From: Candidatus Woesearchaeota archaeon
GTDB taxonomy: Archaea; Nanobdellota; Nanobdellia; Woesearchaeales; ARS49
Length of the DNA: 59,397 nucleotides
Assembly: GCA_038884575.1 (NCBI GenBank)
Contig: JAWABQ010000004.1
Location: forward strand, 1-59,397
Direction: 5' to 3'
Shown here: positions 25,485 through 34,457 of the stretch, piece by piece
Numbering within the stretch: the first letter of the stretch is position 1
Layout: every line of letters begins with the position of its first letter
Notes under the pieces: generated by a model
The model's input: the letters and a program-made list of their open reading frames with translations, nothing else
Databases searched by the model: none
What the model was told of the DNA's origin: nothing
Program-made: the position numbers and the translations under genes

Positions 25485-26135
25485 TCAGGAAAACCTTGAA
25501 CTGCCCGGATAAATCCATTTCCTTATGCTGTCCCTCAAACTCCTGCCAAGCGCCTTGCTGGGTGCTTTTGCCTTTTCTGCTGCAATGTCATGCGCTGCAA
25601 GCCCTGTCGGGGCATTGCACTGGTTCAGCCTGCAGCCATCGCCACCCAGCCTCTTGTTGAGGTAATGGAATGAGTTGCCTGTCGAGTTCACCAGCTGCAA
25701 AGGCTTTTTCAGGCTTATGTCATAGCTGTTCTCGACAACAACGCCTGATGAGCCAACCAGCTTTATGCCAACCTGGTTGCGGATAAGGTTGGCATTGATT
25801 ATCTTAACCTGCGAAGAGTTTTTTATCAGGATGCCGATGTCATAGTTCGCAATCTGGCAGTTCCTTATGGTCACATTCCTGCGGTTGACAAGCACAAGAC
25901 CTGCATTCAGGAACTCGCCGTGCATGACGCTTGTCCCGCAGTCAAAGACAATATTGTCTTTTGTGATATTAATCCCCTGCGGGTAATTGTGCGGATAATA
26001 ATTGTCAGCGCACAACAAGGTATCCTGGTCAACCCTGGGCGGGTCAATAATGCCAGTGCATGACCTGCTTGCAGCAGGGGCAGAGGGCAAAAGCAGGCAG
26101 AGAATTACAAGCAGTAAAACAAACCGCAATGACAT
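25485..26135 (-). CDS. Secreted right-handed beta-helix (NosD/PbH1-like) protein
   Basis: Signal peptide; GINITKDNIVFDC, NVTIRNCQIANYDIGI repeats. Confidence 0.8.
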   Translation of the reverse strand: MSLRFVLLLVILCLLLPSAPAASRSCTGIIDPPRVDQDTLLCADNYYPHNYPQGINITKDNIVFDCGTSVMHGEFLNAGLVLVNRRNVTIRNCQIANYDIGILIKNSSQVKIINANLIRNQVGIKLVGSSGVVVENSYDISLKKPLQLVNSTGNSFHYLNKRLGGDGCRLNQCNAPTGLAAHDIAAEKAKAPSKALGRSLRDSIRKWIYPGSSRFS

Positions 26136-26195
26136 ACTACCTCGTTTTTTTGCTCCCGTCTCACACGCCCACTATATAATAGTTTCGGAGAACAA

Positions 26196-27035
26196 TCAGC
26201 CGTGCTTCCAGTGGTGGTGCTGGTAAAGCAGGAACCCCGCAAGGTATGCAAGCACAAAAAGTGCAACCATTGACCAGACCCTTACCTTTTCAGGCATTGC
26301 ATCCATAACTGACTTTGTCATCTTGCCTGTTGACATTATCGGCTTGGTTTTCGGCGTGTTTGTTGAAAGGTTAAGCATTTGCGGCGCTGTTTCCTGCTTT
26401 GGCGGCTCTGCAGCTGCAGGCAATACTGTTTTCGGCTGCTCAGGGGCAGGGCAGTCATTGTCGTTCTCGTAAGTGCAGGAAGGGGAACAGTAAAAATCGC
26501 CGTGTTCGCAGGGATACACTGCCCCTGCGCCATTGCACAGGTTTACATCGCAGAAATCCTTGTCAAGCTCTTTGTTCGTAATCCAGAACGAGTTGAACTT
26601 TGATGCCAGCGCGCTCACAGGCTTCACAATGCTCTTGTCGGCATTGCTCTCAAACCTGTTCTCAAATGCCTGCAGCATCCTCACGCCAATCCTGTTCTTC
26701 AGCAGCGCATTCTGCACTATGGTATTCCTGTTGCCCTCTTTAACATAAATGCCCACGTCATAATTCAGGATGTTGCAGTTCTTCACAGTCACGCCGTCAG
26801 CGCCGTCAATTATTATCCCCTGGCCGTCCTGCACTGCAGTCCCGCGGATTATTGCGCCATTGCAGTCAAGCGTGACATTGTCAGCCCTTATTGTTATCCC
26901 GCTTGGCACATCGTATGCCCTGTTGCACAAAGTTGTGTCCCTGTTCACTTGCATAAGGTCAAATGCTGCCTCGCACTCTGCAAAAACACCAGGCAAAAAT
27001 GCAAAAAGCGCCAAAAACAGGAAAACAAGCCTCAT
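26196..27035 (-). CDS. Membrane-anchored beta-helix protein, paralog of neighbour
   Basis: Signal peptide; GITIRADNVTLDC, GVTVKNCNILNYDVGI; C-terminal TM. Confidence 0.8.
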   Translation of the reverse strand: MRLVFLFLALFAFLPGVFAECEAAFDLMQVNRDTTLCNRAYDVPSGITIRADNVTLDCNGAIIRGTAVQDGQGIIIDGADGVTVKNCNILNYDVGIYVKEGNRNTIVQNALLKNRIGVRMLQAFENRFESNADKSIVKPVSALASKFNSFWITNKELDKDFCDVNLCNGAGAVYPCEHGDFYCSPSCTYENDNDCPAPEQPKTVLPAAAEPPKQETAPQMLNLSTNTPKTKPIMSTGKMTKSVMDAMPEKVRVWSMVALFVLAYLAGFLLYQHHHWKHG

Positions 27036-27247
27036 GAAAACCTCTTCATTTCAGCAAAAACAACCAGCGCAGGCAGATAAATCAGCACGAGCACGAAAAT
27101 CACCACAAAAGTAAGCGTGTTGAACTGCGCCTCAAGAATCCTGAGAAGCGCATACGCAAAAGGCAGGGCAAGAAAAGGCTCAAGAAAATCCCAATACCTG
27201 TACTGTTTGTGCAGCAGGAATCCCAAAAAACCCCTTTTTTCCTTCAT
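27032..27247 (-). CDS. Small membrane protein
   Basis: 71 aa, two hydrophobic segments, ATGA overlap. Confidence 0.6.
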   Translation of the reverse strand: MKEKRGFLGFLLHKQYRYWDFLEPFLALPFAYALLRILEAQFNTLTFVVIFVLVLIYLPALVVFAEMKRFS

Positions 27248-27286
27248 AAGGCTGAAAATGCGAAAACCAGCATAAAAACATTTTGG

Positions 27287-28090
27287 TCATATCGGATAAA
27301 AGTCCAGGTAATCCTCCTCTTCGACAAGCAAGCCGCCCTGCCAGACCTCAACGCGCAAAGGCATTCCTGCAAGGTCATCAATCCAGATGTGCGTCTTCCT
27401 GTTGGCATCCTGCAAGTCAGTAAACTTGTAAAGGGTTGCAGGCCGCTTGCCGATGTGGCTGCCAGGCAGTATTGTAACCGGGTTGCGGTAAAGCAAATCC
27501 TCAAGCCACTTTGCCGGCATCTTGAATGCAAAAACATCAAACTTCACAGGAAACCTTGCGCCAAGGAATTTATCGCACACAGTCCCGACCTGCTGTTTGG
27601 CAAGCGCCTCGGGAGGAACGCATTCTGCGCTTGCAGCCCTTCCAACAAAATCAAGATAGACTGTGTTTACAACAACATTCACGCGCCTGCCATTGATTTC
27701 CCGGTCGCCAAGCTGATACTCATTCACAAGCTTCCTAATAATGCTGCCATTTGCAACAACAACCTCGTCGCCCTTGTAAAGAAAACGGTATCCTTTCAGG
27801 CCTGTTGCATTTGCGTAAAGCAGGTTGACAATTGTTGGCTTGTACTTTCCTGAAATTTCTGCTGTCTCCCTTGCCTTTTGCGCAGCCTCCTCATATTCCC
27901 TTTGCTTTTCAGCCTCAATTTCAGCAGCAAGGTCAATCGTGTCACAGATTCCGTTGCCATTCAAGTCCCTGCAGCAGCCGCTGTCTTTTGGAATTTCAGG
28001 CCACCTGCACTGCGATGTTTGCTGCACTTCACCAGGCGCTGCAGCACACCCTGCAAGAACCAGCACCAGGAAAAAGGCAGTCAGCCGCAT
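27287..28090 (-). CDS. Putative lipoprotein
   Basis: LVLAGC lipobox; CCRDLNGNGICD Ca-binding-like motif. Confidence 0.7.
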   Translation of the reverse strand: MRLTAFFLVLVLAGCAAAPGEVQQTSQCRWPEIPKDSGCCRDLNGNGICDTIDLAAEIEAEKQREYEEAAQKARETAEISGKYKPTIVNLLYANATGLKGYRFLYKGDEVVVANGSIIRKLVNEYQLGDREINGRRVNVVVNTVYLDFVGRAASAECVPPEALAKQQVGTVCDKFLGARFPVKFDVFAFKMPAKWLEDLLYRNPVTILPGSHIGKRPATLYKFTDLQDANRKTHIWIDDLAGMPLRVEVWQGGLLVEEEDYLDFYPI

Positions 28091-28097
28091 CTTCCAC

Positions 28098-28490
28098 CTA
28101 ATTAGAGAATTTTCCCCCTGTCGGGTTCAGATAGTGCTTTGTTGCATACCCCCACTGAGGGTTGCCGAAATTAGCAGCGCATTTTTCCAGGCAGGCCTTT
28201 GCTTCCTGCCGCCTTCCGGAAACATTAAAGGGGCGCTTTGCCTGCAGAGCAAGGCAGTCCCACCTGCAGTCAGCATAATTTGCGTGCTGCCTTACAACAA
28301 TGCTGTTTGTCAGGCCGGCCCAGGGGTCATCAAGCTTGCTTTTCTGGACTGTCTTTGGGTCAAATACATATGGCTTTGCAGCCATCCCTGTTGTTCCGCC
28401 ACCTGCGAGCCAGGCAAAACCTGCAAGCGCTGCAATTGCAACAACTGCAAAAACTACAAGCGCAGCATTCCCTCTTTTTTCACCAATCAT
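28098..28490 (-). CDS. Pilin-like secreted protein
   Basis: EKRG/NAALVVFAVVAIAAL class III-like signal; TTGMAA; two CxxxC motifs. Confidence 0.6.
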   Translation of the reverse strand: MIGEKRGNAALVVFAVVAIAALAGFAWLAGGGTTGMAAKPYVFDPKTVQKSKLDDPWAGLTNSIVVRQHANYADCRWDCLALQAKRPFNVSGRRQEAKACLEKCAANFGNPQWGYATKHYLNPTGGKFSN

Positions 28491-28571
28491 GCACCTGAAA
28501 ATAATCATCCTGTATTTAAATTATGCTGCCCGGGCAAAAGGTTTTTTAACGCATTTCGCATACTGCAAGCC

Positions 28572-29417
28572 ATGGGCGGAAACATCAAATATTGCCACAG
28601 GCTGCTTGGCGACAGGTATGATGAGGCATTTTTCAACGCTGTCTGCAGGTTTCCGCTGCTCTCGCGCGAAGAGGAAAAAAAGCTCGGAGCGCTTGCCCGC
28701 AGCGGCGACCACGAAGCCCGCCAGAAAATGTTCTTCTCAAACACCAGGCTTTTGGCCAAGAGGGCAAAATCATTTGCATACAAGTACCGCAGGCCCGGCC
28801 TTTATGCCACATTCTTCATGGACGGCATTGACGGCTTGTACAAGGCAATCTCGCGGTTTGACCCGGCAAGGAACTGCAGGTTTTCAACTTATGCCACGTA
28901 CTGGATTGACCAGGCAATACGCAAAAGCGCTGATTTGAAGCTGATGATAAGCATGCCGCCTTACATGGCAGAGTGGGTCAATATTTTTGCAAGGGCAGTA
29001 AGGGAATACAAGCGCACGCACTACGCCGAGCCGTCTGATGACGAAGTGCTGTTCCAGATAAGGCAGAACGGCATAAAAAGCATGACGCTTGCGCAGGTCA
29101 GGCGGATACGCAAGGCATCAGACAAAGCACGCCATTTATCGCTTGACAACATGCTAGAAATCCCTGACACCAACAGGCCTGAAGAATCTCCCGCTGATAT
29201 CATAAGCAAAGGAACGCTTGATGAGGTCATAAGCAGCACGCTTGATAAGCGCGAAGCAGCAATAATCCGCCTAAGGTACGGGCTTAACGGCCAGCAGCCA
29301 ATGCTGCTTGAACAGGTTGGAAAAATCCTGAAGCTCACAAAAGAGCGCGTGAGGCAGCTGCAAAAAAACGCAGTCAGCAGGCTCAGGGATGCGCTTTTGA
29401 AGCGCGGAATCCCCTGA
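28572..29417 (+). CDS. Sigma-70 family (RpoD/RpoS-like) homolog, 281 aa
   Basis: Region 1.2 FPLLSREEEKKL, 2.1 ARQKMFFSNTRLL, 2.3 RFDP..RFSTYATYWIDQAI, region 4 REAAIIRLRYGL..LEQVGKILKLTKERVRQLQKNAVSRLR. Confidence 0.92.
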   Translation: MGGNIKYCHRLLGDRYDEAFFNAVCRFPLLSREEEKKLGALARSGDHEARQKMFFSNTRLLAKRAKSFAYKYRRPGLYATFFMDGIDGLYKAISRFDPARNCRFSTYATYWIDQAIRKSADLKLMISMPPYMAEWVNIFARAVREYKRTHYAEPSDDEVLFQIRQNGIKSMTLAQVRRIRKASDKARHLSLDNMLEIPDTNRPEESPADIISKGTLDEVISSTLDKREAAIIRLRYGLNGQQPMLLEQVGKILKLTKERVRQLQKNAVSRLRDALLKRGIP

Positions 29418-29474
29418 CAGCCCTGCATTTTTCCCCCGAAACAATTTTATACGCCATAAACAAAGCAAAAAATC

Positions 29475-29756
29475 ATGGCAACAACCACAAGGATATGGCC
29501 TGGCCCTGCAAAGGCAGCTGCTGACATCACAAGGCAGATTGAACAGCTCAGGCTGCTTTCAAAGCGAGGGTTTGAGAACACAAATGACCTCTGGAGAGTA
29601 TTTCCGCTGCTGACTGACAACGAAATCAGGGAAAAATTTTACATCCACATTTCAGTGCCATTTGAAAAAGTAAGAATACCAATAATAATCACACTTATCA
29701 AGCGCCAGATAGCGCTCCTCCAGCAAGAACTCAAGTGGCTCCTAAATGCAAGCTGA
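29475..29756 (+). CDS. Hypothetical protein
   Basis: 93-aa ORF, TTTTATA site ~25 nt upstream. Confidence 0.55.
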   Translation: MATTTRIWPGPAKAAADITRQIEQLRLLSKRGFENTNDLWRVFPLLTDNEIREKFYIHISVPFEKVRIPIIITLIKRQIALLQQELKWLLNAS

Positions 29757-29791
29757 AAAGAAAATAATCCCTGCCAGCATCAGGGTGTTAA

Positions 29792-29880
29792 AGCCTCCGG
29801 CGAGAGTTGCACTCGCGACCCCCACCTTTTTGCTGCAACTGCATACCAAGGTGGTGCTATAGCTACTAAGCCACGGAGGC
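29792..29880 (-). tRNA. tRNA-Thr(GGT) with 16-nt intron (29828-29843)
   Basis: GCCTCCG/CGGAGGC, U73, stem CCACC/GGTGG, TTGGTA-intron-A; atypical T-loop TGCAACT. Confidence 0.85.
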
Positions 29881-29922
29881 ATACGCTCAGAAGTCAGGGA
29901 TATCTTATTTAAAGATTGTTGT

Positions 29923-30435
29923 TCATTTCCTTTCAGGGCTCAGGATGTGCCTGTAGAGCTCTTTTGCATTTCCTGTGACAGGATCCTTGCCGAAGACTAT
30001 GTAATGATAAGTTCCTTCAAATGGCACTGGCTTTGGAAATGTTGTTTCTGCACTTTTCGCCCCCTGTTCAACATAGAATGGCGCAGTGTAGCTAAGTTCT
30101 GGAATTGTTATTTTTACAGGAGCATATCTTGCCCAGTCATCAATAAGCAGCCTGTCAATTGTTAGCTTCATTCCTGTCCAGCCCTCAGCCTTGCGGTAAA
30201 GGTTAAAATCAATGTATGGATTGTTCTGTTTTATTTTCTCAGCAAACCTTTGCGTTCCTGCCTGCTGTTCAGTTTTTTGTTTTTGCTGTTCTGAAATGGA
30301 ATTGAAGGCAAGGTATGCCAATCCTGACAGTGCAATGCCTGCTGCCAAGCCAAGACCAAAAATCCTGCACCTATGAGTGTCTTTTTCAGGATTATACCGC
30401 CCAGTGTCTTCGTCTTCCCCACTACGCCTCTTCAT
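29923..30435 (-). CDS. Hypothetical membrane-anchored protein
   Basis: 170 aa, one N-terminal TM, between two tRNA genes. Confidence 0.6.
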   Translation of the reverse strand: MKRRSGEDEDTGRYNPEKDTHRCRIFGLGLAAGIALSGLAYLAFNSISEQQKQKTEQQAGTQRFAEKIKQNNPYIDFNLYRKAEGWTGMKLTIDRLLIDDWARYAPVKITIPELSYTAPFYVEQGAKSAETTFPKPVPFEGTYHYIVFGKDPVTGNAKELYRHILSPERK

Positions 30436-30474
30436 AAAAACGCCCTATTGCGGGTTATTTAAAAAATTAATGCA

Positions 30475-30590
30475 AGAATGCCCGGGACAGATAATGAAAA
30501 TCCCAACTCACAAGCTCGTCAGGGATTTTCAGACCTGTCCTTAAGGTCTATGTTTCTATCTGACGGTTTTTATCAGAATGCCCGGGACAG
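30475..30590 (-). repeat. 16-bp direct repeat of the tRNA-Leu 3' end enclosing hairpins
   Basis: AGAATGCCCGGGACAG at 30475 and 30575; TGAAAATCCC/GGGATTTTCA and AGACCT/AGGTCT inverted repeats between. Confidence 0.8.
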
Positions 30591-30661
30591 GATTTGAACC
30601 TGCGAACCCCTACGGGACCGGATCTTAAGTCCGGCGCGTTTAGCCACTTCGCTACCCGGGC
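30579..30661 (-). tRNA. tRNA-Leu(TAA)
   Basis: GCCCGGG/CCCGGGC, A73, stem CCGGA/TCCGG, loop CTTAAGA, long variable arm. Confidence 0.95.
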
Positions 30662-30710
30662 GCATCCATTTGTATTTATCCATGCTTTAAAAAGTATGCT
30701 GTCCTGAGAA

Positions 30711-31049
30711 TTATTTGAGCCTTTTCCGCAGCGCAGCCAATTGCCTGTTTATGTCAGCAAGGCTCTTGTGGTACTTCGGCTCAGGCGCGCTCTCAGCAGG
30801 CTTTGGCTTTTCGCTTTGCACTGCAAACCTTGACCTGCCGAAAACCATCACTACAACAACAAAAACACCCATAAGCAGCCCCACAGCTGTAAGGAAAGGC
30901 TTAATGTCATTTATCCCGCTTGAAGAAATGCTGTGGTTTCCTGCTGCAAGCCCTGTGGGAGTGCTAAACCTCATCACAGCCAAGGTAATCATGAAAAGCA
31001 TCAGGAACAGGACAAGGTGGCTCAGTGTATGAAGTCGTTCATTGCTCAT
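30711..31049 (-). CDS. Small two-TM membrane protein
   Basis: Hydrophobic N-terminus followed by PTGLAA, second TM, basic tail. Confidence 0.65.
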   Translation of the reverse strand: MSNERLHTLSHLVLFLMLFMITLAVMRFSTPTGLAAGNHSISSSGINDIKPFLTAVGLLMGVFVVVVMVFGRSRFAVQSEKPKPAESAPEPKYHKSLADINRQLAALRKRLK

Positions 31050-31138
31050 TGCTGCACTATCAGAAGTACAGGTATATAAAAGTAACCCTTGTGCTGTTTT
31101 GGAAAGGATTTTAAACCAAGTGCCATTAGTATACCATC

Positions 31139-31642
31139 ATGAAGGGAGTGGTATTTGTTTTAGTGCTGCTGATTGCAGTGCCGGCAGTAATTGCCGCAGC
31201 AACTGCAGCGCCGCGAGAGTGCAACACCCGATTGGACTGCCTAAAGCTGGCAAAAGCATCACCAGTCGCGTGCCAGGCAGGATTTTCACCAAAGCTGGTG
31301 CCTGACTGCGATGTTGGCAAGTGCGTCTATTGTACACCTGCGACGAGAAAGCTGCAGGTGCAGTGCGACAGGGATTATGACTGCGCAGGAAAAATAACCT
31401 GCAATGCGCCCCTGTCAGCGCAGTGCGTAAACAACAAATGCATCTGCACTGCGCAAAAGCGCACTGAGTGCTACACTGACAACGACTGCACAAGAAGGTT
31501 TTTGGGCAGGGCGCCGCAAAGGATGTCATGCCTGCGCGGCAAGTGCATTGCCCCCTTGCAGTCAGTTGTGCTTACGCCAAGGGCATGGGGAAGGCCAGTG
31601 ACATCAGTGCAGTCTGTAATCGCGCCTTTAAACAGCACATAA
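31139..31642 (+). CDS. Secreted cysteine-rich repeat protein
   Basis: Signal peptide; three ECNTRLDC / QCDRDYDC / ECYTDNDC modules each closing in C-x-x-G/N-K-C. Confidence 0.75.
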   Translation: MKGVVFVLVLLIAVPAVIAAATAAPRECNTRLDCLKLAKASPVACQAGFSPKLVPDCDVGKCVYCTPATRKLQVQCDRDYDCAGKITCNAPLSAQCVNNKCICTAQKRTECYTDNDCTRRFLGRAPQRMSCLRGKCIAPLQSVVLTPRAWGRPVTSVQSVIAPLNST

Positions 31643-31704
31643 GGCACAGGACAAAAAAAGAGAAAAGGCACAGCAGCAATTGCTGCGCCATTTTTTTCTT
31701 CTTT

Positions 31705-33573
31705 TTACTGCGTCACAAGCACTTCAACATCCTTGCCAAAGATTTTCTTCAGGCTCTCAAAGATAGGTTCCCTGATGAACACCTTTGGCAGTATTGCAGT
31801 CTTTGACAGCGCCTTCTCGAATTCCTCCCACGAGCTTGGCTGCAGCGGTCCAAGGCTGCCGTCCCTCTCGACAGCAGCCTTCTCAATCACCTTTTCAGGA
31901 GCATCAAGGTTTCTGATGACAAAGGCAACAGGGCCCAGCAGGGTCACTTCGCCAAACTTGTCACCATACTTCACCCTGACCTTTGTCTGCTCAATCTCCC
32001 TTCCGCGCCTGCGCTGCAAATGCTCAACAAGGAACTTCACGAGCTCTGAAGAGTTCTTGCGCGTCTTCTCAAGGTCTGTCTTTGTCAGCTTTCCTGCATC
32101 ATAAGCCTTTTTTGCCTCAAGGAACTCATTAAGCAGCCTGAGGAACCTTGCAGGAATCTTGCCTGTTGAGATAAGCTTGTCCTCAAAAGTGCTTATAAGT
32201 TCCTCCTCAAGCACTTTTTCCTCGCCCTCTGCCTTCAGCACGTCGCGTATTACTGTCAAAAGGGTTTCGTGGAGGCTGACAATCATCTCCTCCTCCTTTG
32301 TCTTCTCAATCTGGGCAAAGAGCTTTTTGAGGCGCTTCATGTACTTCTCAGAATCCTCAAGCAGCTTGTCAAGCTCCTTTCCTGTCACCTCCTTCTTCAC
32401 GCCATGCTCAATGTCCTTCCTTGTCTGGATGACATTCTCAAGCATCTTCACGTATTCCTCCTCAAGGAGTTTCTCCTTTTTCACAAAAATCTCCCTAAGG
32501 ACCTCGCAGGTCTCCTTTGGAGCAGGCGGCGGAACCCCGTACAGCATGAGCGCTGCCTGAGTCGGCGTAAGGATGCTCCAGAAGAAATCCTCTGTTGCAA
32601 TGTCCTTGAACCTGAACCTGATGCGCTCAAGCCCCTGCTCGCCTGTGCTCATGTACATGTCAATTGCCTCAGGCGAAGGCTTGATTTTGCCCATCTTGAG
32701 CAGCTGCTTCCACGGCATGAAGATTCCGCGGTCAAAGAACGGCACGCCATCCCTCAGGAAAGTGAACATGACAGGGTTTGCCTCCCTAATCGCGTCCCAA
32801 AAGTCTGTCAGGATGTATGTCTGGATGTTTATTTTGTTCTTGATTCCTGTTATGTCGCCGGCATCCATCCCCATATTTATGATTATTGCGCGGAGCTTGT
32901 CCTTCAGCTCTGCGCGGGTCATCTTCTTGACATCAGTATCGTCTATGACGATGAAAACATCAATGTCGCTTTCCTTTGTCGCCCTGCCTGTGACAAGGCT
33001 GCCCCCAAGGCAGTATGCAACAATGTATTTCTCGAATTTTTTCAGGACCATGCTCTTGTGAACTTCCGCAATCTTTATTGCACCAAGCATTCCTGTGTCA
33101 TACACGGGCGCAGAGAGTGCTATAAGCTGCAGCCAGTCATACTTTCCATCATAGCAGTTCTGCCAGAGCTCTGTCATAAGCAGGGTCTGCGGGACTATTG
33201 TCTTGTCAATTTCGCCTGCCGTGGTGTCCATTATTGCGGTGAGCTTGTCCTTTAATTCCTGCTTTGACATTTTTGACGGCTCTGTATCATCAATGAGCAC
33301 GAGCAGGTGGTGCTTGTCCTTGATCTGGTCATAGCGCTTCTGCTCCTCAGCAAGAATTTCAGGAGGCAGCGATGCTGGCGGCGCCTTTGGCGGAGGCATT
33401 AATGCAATTCCCTTGATGTACTTGTCAAACTTCTCGACAACAGATTTCTGGAATTTCTCAAGCTTTGCCTTTAATGCGGCAAGCTTTTCCCTGATCTCAG
33501 GCGGCAGGCTTGCATCCTGCGGCTGCTCCTCCTTTTGCACCTTCCTGTCTTCTTTTTTCGGTGATTTTGCCAT
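31705..33573 (-). CDS. Pol-beta-type nucleotidyltransferase (MNT) fusion with HEPN-like domain
   Basis: GGSLVTGRATKESDIDVFIVIDD; internal duplication; QAALMLYG..RKDIEH. Confidence 0.8.
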   Translation of the reverse strand: MAKSPKKEDRKVQKEEQPQDASLPPEIREKLAALKAKLEKFQKSVVEKFDKYIKGIALMPPPKAPPASLPPEILAEEQKRYDQIKDKHHLLVLIDDTEPSKMSKQELKDKLTAIMDTTAGEIDKTIVPQTLLMTELWQNCYDGKYDWLQLIALSAPVYDTGMLGAIKIAEVHKSMVLKKFEKYIVAYCLGGSLVTGRATKESDIDVFIVIDDTDVKKMTRAELKDKLRAIIINMGMDAGDITGIKNKINIQTYILTDFWDAIREANPVMFTFLRDGVPFFDRGIFMPWKQLLKMGKIKPSPEAIDMYMSTGEQGLERIRFRFKDIATEDFFWSILTPTQAALMLYGVPPPAPKETCEVLREIFVKKEKLLEEEYVKMLENVIQTRKDIEHGVKKEVTGKELDKLLEDSEKYMKRLKKLFAQIEKTKEEEMIVSLHETLLTVIRDVLKAEGEEKVLEEELISTFEDKLISTGKIPARFLRLLNEFLEAKKAYDAGKLTKTDLEKTRKNSSELVKFLVEHLQRRRGREIEQTKVRVKYGDKFGEVTLLGPVAFVIRNLDAPEKVIEKAAVERDGSLGPLQPSSWEEFEKALSKTAILPKVFIREPIFESLKKIFGKDVEVLVTQ

Positions 33574-33574
33574 T

Positions 33575-34456
33575 TTAAACCTCCGCTAATTCCGCTTCCT
33601 GTGTTATTGTGATTGTGCCATTCGCGAGCTGCCTGAACGCCTCCATTGCAGTCGCTCCTGCTGTTATCACGCGCTGCACAAAGCCGAATGCAATGTCGTG
33701 TAGCCCATTGCTTGCAGGCTCAGGAAGTATGTTGCCCCCTATCCCTGCAATGTTGTTCTCCCTGATTGCCTTCATCCACGCGAGAGAGAACGCAAATGCC
33801 TTTGCCTCCTCGTCATGCGGCGACCTCAATGTGCGCGTGAGCACGTGCCCAATCTCGTGGCCTATGGTCAGCATAAGCCTGTCAAGCTGGTCTGCGCGCG
33901 CAAAAACCTCGCTTGCCCCGCGGCTGTTCGCATTAAGGCTGAAGCCCATGATGCCGTCATTCCAAGCGCCCGCATGCTCCCTGTGCGCCTTCCTGAATTC
34001 CTTTTCATTAAGGACATGGATTATGATGTCTGAAGGCAGGCTTTCGCCTGTTGTCGCCCTGAAGGCAGCCTCAATGTCATCCCTTATTTCTGCTGCATCG
34101 CCGACAAAGCGCGCAGTGCTCCCTGGCCTGAGGAAAGTGTCTGCAACAAAATAATCAAGCGGCGCCCTGCCGGCAAGGTAAGCCCCTTTTGCAGAGCCGG
34201 GCACATAATGCATTGCCGCACATGAAGCCCTTGCAACCGACTCATGGCTTACCATGCTGTCAATCGAGGAATGAGCATACAACTTGCTTTCTGCATTCCA
34301 GCTTCCGCCGTATGAAGCGCTCGGGCTTCCCCATGAGAACATGCCCCCGTAAGAACCCCTGCTGCTGGAATAATTCATGCTGCAGTAAACCGGCTGCACG
34401 CCATAACTGCCGCAGCCAGGGCTTCCATATCCTGCTGAAGAGCCGCAATAGCTCAT
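33575..34456 (-). CDS. Putative zinc metalloprotease with Ser/Tyr/Gly-rich N-terminus
   Basis: IGHEIGHVL..HDEEAKAFAF. Confidence 0.7.
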   Translation of the reverse strand: MSYCGSSAGYGSPGCGSYGVQPVYCSMNYSSSRGSYGGMFSWGSPSASYGGSWNAESKLYAHSSIDSMVSHESVARASCAAMHYVPGSAKGAYLAGRAPLDYFVADTFLRPGSTARFVGDAAEIRDDIEAAFRATTGESLPSDIIIHVLNEKEFRKAHREHAGAWNDGIMGFSLNANSRGASEVFARADQLDRLMLTIGHEIGHVLTRTLRSPHDEEAKAFAFSLAWMKAIRENNIAGIGGNILPEPASNGLHDIAFGFVQRVITAGATAMEAFRQLANGTITITQEAELAEV

Positions 34457-34457
34457 C

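Noticed and set aside
27825-28571. 530-aa ORF suggesting a long N-terminal fusion to the sigma factor
   Set aside because: The extension is the antisense of two credible minus-strand genes; promoter-like site and ATG at 28572 define the real start.
29881-30578. Integrated island between tRNA-Thr and tRNA-Leu
   Set aside because: No integrase; the duplicated att-like repeat encloses only 100 bp and not the ORF.
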